From: Atractiella rhizophila
Lineage: Eukaryota
Length of the DNA: 48,916 bases
Direction of reading: 5' to 3'
Assembly: GCA_021432655.1 (NCBI GenBank)
Contig: MU271257.1
Location: 1 to 48,916, forward strand
Position numbers and translations under genes: made by a program. Of this stretch, positions 35,075 through 48,916 are shown piece by piece (position 1 is the stretch's first letter; each line of letters opens with the position of its first letter). The notes beneath the pieces were generated by a model. The model saw only the letters and a program-made list of their open reading frames with translations, did no database searches and was not told the DNA's origin.

Positions 35075-38000
35075 TTAAAGTGGTGTTTCTGTATTATCCT
35101 TCTCCCAAAGCGGTTTCGCTTCCATCTTCGACTCTCCCCACAGCACTTCGAAGAACTTACCTAATAGTTCCTCCATTTCCATCATCGTGGTAATTCGTCC
35201 ATACTTGAGATCGTCATTGAGGGTCAACAACTTGTATGGCCTTTCTGGTAAGGGAAGCACTTTTGGAGCTCGCCTGATTCCCGTAGGATTGGATCGAAAG
35301 AGGCCCGCGTTGGGCAGGAGACGGTAAAACTCTCGTTCGAGATCGACAGGGGAACGGATGAGATGAAAAAGTAAGGGAGTGTCGAAGAGTGAGTAGGAGT
35401 ATCGCGCCAGAAGGCGGAGGAAGAGCGTGCGCGCCGAAGCTGGTGATGATGTAGGAGGGAAAGGGAAGGAAGACTTGCTGAATGACTTTGTCATCCCTAT
35501 CCGCAATGCCGATGAATCGATGCTCTCATAGTCTTCATCTTCCGGATAATGAAGCGGTAGAAAATTGTTCAAGCCTTTCTCCTCGCCATTTCTTAACAAT
35601 GCGACGACAACACAATCACCGCACTGCTCGTTCCTTTCAAAAGCGATTCTTTTGAACACATCCTCTGTTCGTTCTTCTTCCTTCCCAAAACACTCTTGAA
35701 AACTGATTTCACAGACCGCTTCGTCGTCTCCTACCAGTTCCTGAGGCAAAGGAAAACGTGAAAACATCTGGGATAACTTATTTCGACGCAGAATGTCGGA
35801 GACCTCTTTGGACGTTTGGAGATGAGGAAAAGGTTGGAAGAAGGGGTAGCCATCGACTGAGTTGAACAGATTTTCTTCTTCGTGTTCTGACGATCCTGCT
35901 GAGGGGATACGATTGGAAGGATGGAATACCTTGCGGAAACTCAGTGCGAACAGGCGGGAAAGCAAAACCCTCACTCGAACAACATCTTCATTGTCCTCCT
36001 TCAATGTCCCACTCCGCAAGAGCAGGGAGGCTATCGTCTTTTTCTCCTCGACGTCCAACACTCCATCTCTATTACTATCCACTTTTGAGAACCAAGCGTA
36101 TAATCTTGCACCGATGTCAGTTGGGGAATTTGGAAGGGAGAGACGGCAGACAGCGATTCTCTATGTTTCTCAATAGTATAATGCACCACCAAAAACGTAA
36201 GCGAGACTTCATCTTCTACACCTCTGAATCTGCTTCTCCCCTGCCCTACTTATCAGGTCATTTTCAGGAAAAAGAGGAACTTTCTTACAGTGGTATCTAA
36301 TTCCTCTCCCCAAATATTTCTGATCTCTTGCAAGATTGGGAGCGAGAGGACCTTTGCTGTGTGCTGCAGATACGGTCTTTTCCTCGTCCCAAAACGCTCA
36401 TCTAATCCCGAGGGTGGATAAAATCCTCAGTCCCGAAGGCTCGAGGCAGCAAAAAAGACTAACTGAGGATATAGTTTGCAAATCTCAACCCGACCCACTC
36501 CCCTTCCCTGTCCCACCTCGTCTATCAATCATCCCATCAACCACAAATCACAAGAACCAGGGCATTCAATTAGGCTCGGAGGTACGTACAGCTGTCGAAG
36601 GGTGTTTCCCATCCACCAATAGGTCCGGTTGGACCCTGAAGACGGGGCCTGAGACGGGGGAGAAGAAGAAGGAGGGAGGAAGGGGAGAGAGGAAGAAGAG
36701 GTCGTCATTCATGTACACGACCGTTTTAGCGGATCCTTCTCCGTTCGACAGGATGTTAAGGAGGAGAGGGAACTGGGACTCGATGGCCATGCTATCCCGG
36801 AAAGTATCAGAGCATAGTTCTGTCACTCAGTGATGAGAGGAGGAGGCGAACCTGTTGAATGATGGAACCACGTCTTTGAGGGAAGGAGAAAACAGGTCGG
36901 AATGATGAATTACCTCCAATCCCTTCCCATCCTGAAACCAAACGGGGACTTGGCCCCATCTTTCTTCTTTCTCCATATCTCCCTTCGCGCTCTCATTCCT
37001 GCCCTCAACTTTAACCGTCCTCCTCACATCTGCACTGACTACCATCAGCTTCCCCCAGCCTTTATACCGGGCAAATGAAGGTATCACGCTCCTCAGAGAA
37101 TACTTCAGTTCCCCATGTTCCCGAAACAGGTGCTCGGATCCAAAAGAGAGAGGGTTGAAGAAGCGAGGTGATGTTTGGAGGTAGGCTGGAGAGGACTCTA
37201 GGGACGATATGAGAGATTTTCTGAGGGACAGCAGCGGAGGGGAAGAGCCGTTTATCCACGTCCCTATTATGTTTCGTGAGTTGAATCAGACGAAATAATG
37301 GGAGATGTTGACAACGCTGATAGCTTCAGTATGAAACATGACCACACGTTTCCTCGTACAATATCGGCGCACCGATATCTATGTATCCACACAAATTGAC
37401 ATCGAAGCAGAAAGATTCAGAGAACTTATGGTGCCTGGACGCTATATACCGTTTGCAAAAATTGTTTACAAGACGAATTGGAGCGACAGTAATGTAAAGG
37501 TGTCCATGACGGAGGGAGAGGGATAGGTCAACTACATTAAGATACGCACACTTTCTGGTATATACTACCCTCAAACATACCCTGGTCTAACGCTCACATT
37601 TCTACCTTCACCCTCCTACAATCCGGAGGCAACGCAAGTAGAGCATCTTTCCCTATGATATGACTTTCAAGGTTTTTCGACACTTTGGGTATTTGACATT
37701 CACTTGATGACGATTGAGAACAATACCAGAGCTTGCGGTTTGTCAATTCTGCACCTTTTATAAATCCAAATGCCAACAGCCACTGAGCAGCAGGTTCTGA
37801 TTGTTCAGGGTCATAACAGCAGCAATAGCCCCTTTCGAAGGCATGCACAACAGTAGCAATGATTTTAAACTTGAAACTTGAATCCATGAAAGCTAATGCA
37901 CCCAACACTTTCTACCCTCACAAAGTTCCCATTTAAACTGTGATAAAGAGCGACATGTCGATGTCAAATGGTTCTGGGGCATGGAACTAACCCCAGTACA

Positions 38001-38556
38001 TGACACCGAATCGCGAGCGAGGACATCGCGATGTTCGACAACAACATTAATCACCAGCCTCGGTATGAGTGAATGTACTTCGAATTGACTTTCCTTTGAC
38101 GGGAACTGAGAAAAAACACAATCCCTCCATTGATAAAATGAATGGATAAGAGGCAAAATCGTAAATAGTATTCAAGGAAAGTAAAAAAGAAAGCCACAGG
38201 AAAAACTCACAAAGGATGTCCAATCTTGCTTCTCCTTTCCAACCATCTTCCCTCTCCAACTCCACGCAAACCTCTCCACGCGCAATCCATCTCTCTGCAC
38301 AACCCTCCCGCCCACTCTGACCCCAAAACGAATCCTCCATCGGAGTCGACATCCACTCTACCTCGTCGTCAGTTCCTCCACCTTGAACGTCGCGTTCCTT
38401 CAACACAGGCAAGCTCATCCATCCTTCGTCATACTGCTCGGCTTCATTAGAAATGCTAAAAAACCGGGAGCGGAGGAAAAAGAAGAGGTAACAGGCGACG
38501 AGGAGAATTAGGGGGAGGAAGAGCTGACGGAGGACGCGTAGGGGTGAGCGGAACAT
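35075..38556 (-). CDS. XPT1: Stealth-family sugar-phosphotransferase, Cryptococcus Xpt1-like xylosylphosphotransferase (type II membrane protein), with a ~950-bp first intron
   Basis: N-terminal transmembrane segment; LDIL|WTWINGS (CR1); LFREHGELKYSLRSV, VIHHSDLF, PSFNSMAIESQ, VYMNDDLFF (CR2); GEWVGLRFANYIL, RFGTRKRPYLQH; LTLNDDL (CR4). Confidence 0.8.
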
Positions 38557-39097
38557 GGATTAGTTTTTTCGCCTTTCTTTTCGTGTTTTTCGTGGCGTTT
38601 TTGACAAATGCTTGGAGAAATGTTTCCGTGAGATATTAGGGTGGTGGAAGGAGAGAGGCATAGCATATTATCTATTTGCAGAGTATTTGCAATTCTGTTT
38701 GATCTACATGTTGATGACTTGGGGCCGACTCGGGCTGGTGAATATTCAGCTGAGGAGGCGAAGCAGTTTATCGATATTGCGTATGCTTTGAGTAAGGATT
38801 GCTAGTAATATGCCAGGCCACAATTGTGAGAGGCTTTAAGTGCTGAACAGGCACAACTCAAGGCCGCTCAAAGTCTAGCGAGGTTAGGCTGCCAGTGATC
38901 CATTTGCAATTCAAGCAGCTAGCGGACGGAGACCGGAACCGCCCTCTCCTCGCAAGAAAAAAGTAAACGGACAGGAATTTTTTTCACAATTTCAGCACTC
39001 GTTCGCTAAGGACGATGGGGCTAGAAACTGTGAGTGTTTGCTCTACTGTAACACAGCTAGGCTGCGTTAGTGAGGTGCGAGGGAGTGAAGAAAGAAA

Positions 39098-39218
39098 GAG
39101 AGGAAAGTGATGAAAATATCGAAAGAATGAACAATCCAACGCCGATCTTCTGCCTCTCGTTTCTTGAAAGGAGAGAGCAGGGGAAGAGAGGACTGTCTAC
39201 ACTTGACCTGATTCTCTC
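39098..39218 (+). ncRNA. Box C/D RNA, dual guide: 25S rRNA helix 92 (yeast G2917-equivalent) and U2 snRNA A30
   Basis: C box GTGATGA 39107-39113; guide TGAACAATCCAACG plus D' CCGA 39142-39145; guide CTACACTTGA plus D box CTGA 39208-39211; terminal stem gagagga/ttctctc. Confidence 0.8.
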
Positions 39219-39417
39219 GCTTTTCTTTCTATGTACCAACATCGTGTTGCTCTCGGTTACTGACGTGTTCCTTTGGCTATAGAACACATTTTATTGAAAC
39301 TCATCATGGACATGTCAAAACAACCTAATACAAGATGAACGTAATTGGTACTGGACAAAGAAGCCGGTGAGTAGTTCATGTCATCTTCAGCACAAAGGAA
39401 AGAAAGGAAGTGTGAAT

Positions 39418-39528
39418 GAGGAGAGAACGAATGATGATTTTTCAAGATCAAAGCTCTAGAATTACCCTGATTCAATAAATGATGAGCAGATCTATCCTAA
39501 GTTTCAGCCTTGTCTGACTTCTCTCCTC
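39418..39528 (+). ncRNA. snR41: Box C/D snoRNA, snR41-like (18S Gm1126) with a second SNORD45-type guide (18S Am159, human numbering)
   Basis: C box ATGATGA 39431; AGCTCTAGAATTACC plus D' CTGA 39467; C' ATGATGA 39479; TAAGTTTCAGCCTTG plus D box CTGA 39514; perfect 10-bp terminal stem gaggagagaa/ttctctcctc. Confidence 0.9.
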
Positions 39529-39783
39529 TGCGTTCCTTTCTATTTCTTTCTATTCTTCTCTCCATCGAATGTGCGACTGATTGCGATTTGTGGTCCGGTC
39601 GTCAGCTTTGCTGTGGTTTTGTGGCCAAAGGTACATTGTCCTTGCAACACTTGCGGATGACGGTTCCCGTTTAGACAGCTTCCAGCTGGTCATCACTCAA
39701 GTACTCACGCCGACACTTCGGTGAGCTTCCTTCATTTTTGCTCTCGTAGTTGTGGATGGACGGGAGGGAAGGAAGGATATGAA

Positions 39784-39880
39784 GGAGAACAAGGATGATC
39801 CTAACCCGACGGGCGGACCGAAGTGACGTACAATCACTCTTTTATGTGGAAATCAATTTTAGTTGGGTATCTGAGTCTCC
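39784..39880 (+). ncRNA. snR70: Box C/D snoRNA, snR70-like (18S Cm1639)
   Basis: Variant C box AGGATGA 39792; CGACGGGCGG (complementary to 18S CCGCCCGUCG) plus D' CCGA 39818; D box CTGA 39871; stem ggaga/tctcc. Confidence 0.8.
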
Positions 39881-41417
39881 CTCATCCCTCCTCTCCTTCC
39901 GCTATCCACAACCTGCGAGGAGAGAGACAGTACGCTGATCGTTCGTTTCTTTGGTGACAGGTGCGGTTCGTGATGAGGTATGAATTATGAATCATGGGAT
40001 GTAGGTAGGTACCTCATTATGTATTTTAGTAGATAGCGTCGCGTAGATGGAATAGATCATCCGCTTGAAAAGCACCCTTCAAGGCAGAACCTTTGTTAGC
40101 CCGGATGACAGCTTTACTACCTCTTTCCCTGGCTCTGAAAGTTCGGTTGTAGGGCCTTTCCCGTTCTATGGTCCCTCTTATTCAACGACAGAGGAAGGAG
40201 AGTCGGCGTTATTTCAAACCTGCAGCCTTCCTAGTACTACTCTCTCTTCCGCATTCTTTCTCCGTCAGCATTACTTCTTTACTACTTTCATGATGATGAG
40301 GGTAGCTGGTTGGTTTGTTGACCTTCACCGCTATGATGTTTCGAGCCCGTATGGCGACCGACAATTAAAATGTTAGCATGGTCATGATGAACAATTTTAA
40401 TGAACGTTAATGAACACATCGCATCAATCATGTGGTATTCACCACGCCATTTCGTAAGCCAGCCAGCTCAAGAAAATCCTTCCTCACCTTTTTTCTCTTT
40501 CCCACCATGTTCTACTAGTAGTAGCAAGCCAGCTGTCCAGTCTCATCACTCCTTCACATGTCGATTTCTTGATTTATCATCCAGGATTCGGAGGTCTCTT
40601 TCGCAATTCGCATTGTAAAAAGTGCAGAAAAAGATGGCATATTGCATAGGTAAAAAGATATCGATACAAAGATAATCTGCTCCTGAATCTCGCAAAAACA
40701 AAAATGTGTAAGGATATCGAAGAGATGCGTCGAACCTGAACAAGTCTACAAGGACGAAGGAAAGACGATTGTTAACAGTGCAAGATCTATGAAAGGATGT
40801 TGGGGATGGGGTAAAGAATAACGAAATTCTCTATGTAGGTGTTGGTGGAGGTAACAGGCCCCAACGAAATATAGACCCGGCATGTTTTCTATCTGATGAA
40901 GTGTTGAAACGCATAAAAACGACATCTCTTGTTGAACGAACCAAGTGGTAGACAGAACAAAACACTGAAAAGAAGTTTCTCTTTGAATTCGAATAATGCT
41001 GCATGATTCTGATCCTTCGGCCTGATGTGCTGACCATCAATCGATGAAAGGCGTACACAAAAAACGAAGGAACGAAGGTGGATGGGAACTTGAAAAACAG
41101 TCTCTATGTGATTGGTTTGAATGCCCAAGAAACAAACGTCTGTAAATGAATTGATCAGAAATCACATCCACGCAGCCCAACCCAAATTCTCAACAGGACG
41201 GTAAAATCGCAAGAAAAACCCTTTTGTTCGTCATGTCTGTGCAACAGCCCACATTACGTCTAGATAATAACTAGTCCATTTACTTTTGCGAGAGAAATAA
41301 CGGAGGAGCAAATGAGAAAGTGATAAATAATTAAATGGAGCATCTAAAGTCGGAAATCGTGGCAGGATTGGTCGTAAGCGGTTCATGAACGAGATTGGAA
41401 GATTGACTTGATCGCGT

Positions 41418-43713
<2,296 letters not shown>

Positions 43714-44006
43714 GATGTACTTCGATTCTAATTGTTCTTGCAAAAAAGGTGAGTCGCTTCGGTTGTTTTTCGAAATTGGATTGCTAGTAACGCTGGGTAT
43801 TCCTATCTTCCTTCTCTCCGTAAAGAAATGTAAAGACAGAAACAAAAATGATGCTGTAAAAAGTTTCTCGAGTGTGCTCTCAAACGAGGAGTCGTCGTTT
43901 TCGGACCTGGAATTTTTCGTTGCCACCTTCTTTTGTTTCTTTCGGGTCCGCATTTCCGCCAAAAAACGATGCATCCGACAATTTGACAGGCGGTTAAGAC
44001 CTGACC

Positions 44007-47000
44007 ATGGCCACCGCTCGGTTAAAGCGTAAATTAGACGACTTAGATGTTGGGAACCTCAATGAGTCCTTCTGCGTGGTATGCTGTCTCTCTTGTCATT
44101 TCTTCGCTGATCTCAGTACCCCAGTATGGCACACCGCTGCCCTCTCTAGCAGACACGAAGAAGGATTCGAACGAGTTTGTACCAATATGGAAACAGGAGG
44201 TTAAGGACGAGAAAGGGAGGAGGAGGTTCCATGGTGCTTTCACCGGTGGATTCAGCGCAGGCTACTTCAATACGGTAGGGAGCGAAGAGGGTGCGTCTTG
44301 CCTTTAGGTATACGTCAAATGGTGACACTTGTGGACGCATAGGATGGGCGCCATCTACCTTCATATCCTCTCGACACAAGGAGAAGACCCAAGCACAACA
44401 GTCAACTTCTGAACTCGCTAGGTCATACATGGATGAAGAGGACTTAGCTGACCTCTCAGCCTCACGCACGCTGCAACAAACATCCACGTTCTCGACCTAC
44501 GATCCTCTGTCCGGCATAGGCGGACCCGCTCCTTCAACTAGTACCGTAGAAGGTGCCTTACACGACCTAATCCGTCCCGCCAAATCCAGCATTGGTCACG
44601 AATTGATGAAGAAGATGGGCTGGAGGGAGGGACAGGGAGTCGGGCCACGCGTCAGCCTTAAGCGTCGAAGGGAGCAAGCGGTTGAGTATGGAGTTGCGCG
44701 TGCGGAAGAAGGAGTTGAAGACGTGGAGATGGAGGAAGAGGATGCAGAGGGGAAGAAGAAAGGATTTGCGCCGCTCAATAGACCAGTCTTCAACTTCGAC
44801 GACATCGGAGTTGGGATGGAGCATGGACTTGGATGGGCGAAAGGCCAGAGTCTGGATCAGACCCTCGGACGGGATGACGAGAAGGTGGAGGAGATGAAGA
44901 GGAAGATGCCCGTTGGTGGTGCTTGGGGCTTAGGAGCTCTGGAGGACGCGGATATGGACGATGGAGATGTGTACGACGACGCTCCAGGGCTTTCAGGGCA
45001 GAAGGCAGGGATGATGATTGTGGAAGAAGACGATGAGCCGAGCATTGTCACGCTTTCCGGGTTAGATCGGAGGGAGAAGGAAGAAAGGCGTAAGAAGCAA
45101 AAGGAGAGGGAGAAACAACAGGTGAGCCTATGATGTGACGAAGCAATGAACTGATTTTACTTGTGTTCCAGGACCACAGGAAGAGGGAAGTGCTCAAGGA
45201 CGGGACGCAGATACTGAATGGATTCGTGCTCGCAAAACGTGTGGAGAAGCCAGATGTCTGGTATGTCTTTCTTTCTCTTCGTTGCAGAGATGCTGATCAT
45301 GACTTGGCAGGCCTGCTCCTCCTCCCGTACCAAAAGACTGGAAACCAAATCCTCAAGCCGTTTGGGACAGGGATCCGACTCGGAAGGCTGGGTTGGAGGA
45401 CAAGGAGAAAGACAAGGCTATGAACGACCCGAAGCGACCTGCGAACTTAACTGCCGATCAGGTGCGTTTCCTTCCCTTTCAAAAGATGATGAACGTCTTA
45501 AGTGTTCCTCCCAACACGGACAGCGCGGCGAGCTCTTTGGCGAACAAAAGCTTCCAGAGATGAAGAAGTCGGTGTTCGACTACATTTCTGCGGCTAATAA
45601 ATCTCGTATCGAGTCCCTCAAAACTGCTCATCAGAAAGGGATATTCTCCTCCGATACCTCACCATCCGAGCGCGTAATCATTCCAGAGATGGATCCTCAA
45701 ACCGCCTCTCTCGCTCTTAAAGGCTTCATCCCATATTCGGACGACAAGGCAAAACAGTCTCGCTACCTCCTCTATCTCCAGGTCATGTCTGGACTCCGTT
45801 CTCGCAGCGAGGTCTCCTTCGTACCTGTGACGAAAAAGGACGGTGTAAAACAGACTGTGGCTGAGCTGAATAAGGAGCTGGAGGACTTTGAACGCTCCGC
45901 CAAAGTGTTCAAACCGGCCACAGGAATGATGGCAAATCGATTTACAAGTGCGAAGGAGGTGATTATGCCCGGAGGTGGGACAGAGGAGAGCAAGGTAGGA
46001 CTGTATCAACCCACGGCGGAAGAAAGGCAGAGGGCAATCGAGAAGGCTGCGGAACCGGTACAGAGAATAGAGGAGGAGGAGACGCCGTTGCAGAACGCGG
46101 CGAGGATGGGGATGTGGGGTCCTCTCACGCGGGAGACGAAGGTCTTTTATCCCGATCGTCTGCTCTGCAAGAGGTTTGGCGTGGCGAATCCCCACCCCGA
46201 TGGTCCTGTCGCGGAACCTGAGGAGCGAACGAGCAAATTGGACGAGATGTTGATGGAGAAGGGATATCGACCGATGCCGAAGGAGGAAAAGGGAGCACCC
46301 CTTGCGAATGTCTCTGCAGAAGCGTTCCCGGTAGCGAAGACGGGAGAGAGGAGGACTTTAGCGAATGTTGGACTGGGAGAGGACGAGACTCAGGGAGCGA
46401 ATACCTTGACTTACGAACGACCGAGTATGGATATCTTCAAGGCCATATTTGCAGATAGCGAAGACGAGGATGAGGACGACGAGAAGGAGAACTCACCAAC
46501 TCCACTGGTTGCGGATAGGGAGTTCAAGAGTCAAGTCAACGATCTACTTCAAAGCGAGGCACAGAAATCTCAGCCGTTGGTCAAGTCCACAGTTCTCACA
46601 CTTGCCGATGCTACTAAACCCGAAGCCGATGTTCAGCCTGGTAACGAAGATATCACTGTAGTTGAACCGCTCAATTTTCGACCGACATTCGTTTCTCGGA
46701 AGCAGCGCAACGAATCAACTGGCGGTGCGGAGGAAGCTGCACAAGATAAGAAGAAGAAGAAGAAGAAGAAAGCCGTACTTTCTTTTGACGTTGAGGATGG
46801 AGAAGATGTGGGACCTTCTCTCAACTTGAAGAAGATGGATAAGAAGGATAAGAAGCGGAAGAAAGGCGGAGGAGAGGATGAACACCGGAAGAAGAAACGT
46901 AGGAAGGAGGAAGAGGAAGATGAGGAATGGGTGGAAAAGGAAGTGCAGGTACCTTCCGTCGTTGGAACCTTCCCCAGAAGGACCATGAAAATGTTGTTGC

Positions 47001-47037
47001 TGGTCGTAGAATGCGTGCAATCGACCTCATGGATTGA
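44007..47037 (+). CDS. GPATCH1: G-patch domain-containing protein 1 (GPATCH1/DUF1604 family splicing factor)
   Basis: [36 protein letters not shown]-patch [52 protein letters not shown]. The probable end is RMRAIDLMD*. Confidence 0.92.
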
Positions 47038-47510
47038 TTTCAGAATCGCATGCGACTTTTGGCAAGATGGAAGATTAAGCAAATCTGATTGCTTGTTGTC
47101 CATTGCACAACCCACTCACTGACAAACTGATCACAACATCAGAGCAGAGAAAGCTATAATTTATGTTTATGGGAGCCCATGGCGATGAGAAGGTACTCAG
47201 AAACAAGAAGCCGAAATTCCAAGAAGCAAACGGGGTGTAAAAGAATGGTCTGTGTATTAAAAGGAGCGCGTAAATAGAATGAGGCGATTATTCTGAAGCG
47301 AGAATATTTACGACAGAAGGAAGAGTAATCCAAAACGAGACAAGTCTGAGAAGCAGACAAATGAGTGAAAGAGGTCCATATTATGGCAAGTGGAATTATT
47401 AAAGAGAGGTAGGTATTCGCAGTCAAGCAGTAACAGTGGCTTAGAGAGTATAGGGCTTAGTCCGACAACAACACAGGAGAATTAGTGGGATTGAGAATAA
47501 GTATCGAGGC

Positions 47511-48916
47511 TCAGATCCTATGGCCTTCGTCAAGGCGGACCGTGATTCCAAGTTTACGACTACTGGCCCTCTTCCTGGGCTTCGGCTCTGTTTGAGCTGG
47601 GTGATGCTTGCGAAAGCCGTGGAGGAAAGCAGAAATTCCAGGAGACACGGGTGCTTATTCTCTGATCAGTAAAAAAAAGAAAGGACGGGGGAAAGAATCT
47701 CACAGGTCTCTGCGCCATTCGACAGCGAAGTCTTCGACTTCGACCTAAAGAGTCTCGATACGATCTCTCCCATGCTTCGAGATTCCTCTTCAGACTCGGA
47801 ATCGCTCGAGAAAACAGATTTCAAACGAGGATCAAAGTCTACCCATCCAAGTATTGGTGTCAGCCGCACATTTAAGATTAGGGAGAATGCGAGAGCGGAG
47901 AAGGCATACCCGGAATCTCTGGCCGCAAATTCTCCTGTTCCTCTTCCCTTGCCCTGTTCACAACGTCTGGCAAATTCACAAAGGTTCCTAGCAAACACGT
48001 CCAACATATCAGCATATGCGGCAGAGAGACTCCAGTGGGACGTACTGCATTGCGACATGTTTCCTACTTTCCCAATCGAATAGTTCCTGGCTTTCACCTT
48101 GGGATCTGCACCAGCAGAAACTGGAGCACGGAAGGATGCTTGCTTCTTGACGAAAGCTTTGTCAAGGGCATTCGAAGAGGAACGACTTGAGCGTGCCTTC
48201 AGAGCTTGAGTCGTTTCTGCTGAGGGAACAGTGGCTTGCGACTTCGTGGCGAGGACAGGACGACTGCTCGGTCGACGAGGAAGACGAGACAGCTGGCTAT
48301 CGTGTTCCACAACTGAAGCAGTGGTCGAAACTACCAAACTTTATAAGCTACTGTCAAATGAAGTAAAGAGAAGCGTACCAAATGAATCTACCCGCCTGAT
48401 CTGAGGCTTTCCCCTTCTGACATCCTTCAAAGGAACAACCTCAAACTCAGGGTCAGAGTCGTCCGCGACCCTATACGAGACGTGAGGCATAGAAGAAGAT
48501 GCTATTACCCAAGTCCTTCAGTTCTAGAGCCTCAAGATTGCGGGTAAGAGTGACAAACCACGCATCCCTCCATCCCCGTGTCCCCGCATGGCGGTACTGG
48601 ATCTCTTCCTCTTATGTTCCTCTTTCCCTCCTCCATATCCAGTACTCCCAGAAGTTGACTCGCCCGAGTCCTTTCTCACCCTCTTCGCAGTCCTCTCCTC
48701 TGCTCTCTTCTTCGATTGAGCGCGAAGCTCGGCACCAGGATCTGTTGAGAGGAAGGCAAAGGTATCTTCGAGTGGAGTGGGGGGCGAAAGCTCGTGCGCC
48801 GTTGGGGAATGTTGACCTGGGTGACCCAATCGCACGCTTGCGACCGTGCGATCTGGCCAGACCTGCATAGCAGCTGTGGAGAGGAGCTCATCCGGAAGCT
48901 CGAACTCCATCGACGG
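47511..48916 (-). CDS. Hypothetical Ser/Lys/Arg-rich protein, multi-exon, 5' end outside the window
   Basis: Open minus-strand exons (48524-48910, 47666-48337) are joinable by GT-AG introns. The last exon reads SPVSPGISAFLHGFRK...DEGHRI*. Confidence 0.55.

Larger units (their letters stand above)
39000..40030 (+). ncRNA. Spliced non-coding snoRNA host transcript (ends approximate)
   Basis: Short non-coding exons are separated by GT-AG introns with branch points (39075-39281, 39367-39605, 39631-39674, 39721-39960). Three of these introns each contain one C/D snoRNA. Confidence 0.75.

Noticed and set aside
38710..38753. TTGATGA...CTGA pair upstream of the snoRNA host
   Set aside because: Too short, with no terminal stem and no identifiable guide.
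39854..39863. CAATTTTAGT in the snR70-like RNA, complementary to the vertebrate U6 5' region
   Set aside because: It is not adjacent to the D box, and this species' U6 sequence is unknown, so it could be chance.
40289..40390. ATGATGA motifs suggesting a fourth C/D snoRNA
   Set aside because: No properly placed CTGA D box, terminal stem or recognisable rRNA/snRNA complement.

Overview
This is eukaryotic, intron-rich fungal genomic DNA, most likely a basidiomycete (inferred from the 50-60 nt GT-AG introns with CTRAC-like branch points and an XPT1-like gene). From left to right it holds: the 3' part of a RUD3/GRAB golgin; two tandem Egh16/GAS1-like (DUF3129) secreted-protein paralogues whose C-terminal tails are built from duplicated exon-intron modules; a small mitochondrial-type basic protein (bL34m-like); a SNF2 helicase with a ~1.2-kb intron; MRPL4 (uL29m); an in-frame MRPL4::GPI-protein chimera made by a diverged tandem duplication; a Cys-rich GPI-type protein; an Rpr2/Snm1-like RNase P/MRP subunit; an atypical Zn-cluster protein; two tandem copies of a Zn2Cys6 transcription factor; an XPT1/Stealth phosphotransferase; a non-coding host gene with three intronic C/D snoRNAs; DED1; GPATCH1; and a partial unknown gene. 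The most notable items are (i) the Egh16-like protein carrying an array of KR-delimited (Kex2-type) repeat peptides, one per exon module, (ii) a box C/D RNA with guides to both 25S rRNA and U2 snRNA, and (iii) the chimeric ORF and the density of tandem duplications. Exon boundaries and family calls were read by eye with no database searches. Several single-base frameshifts and exact duplications could be assembly errors.
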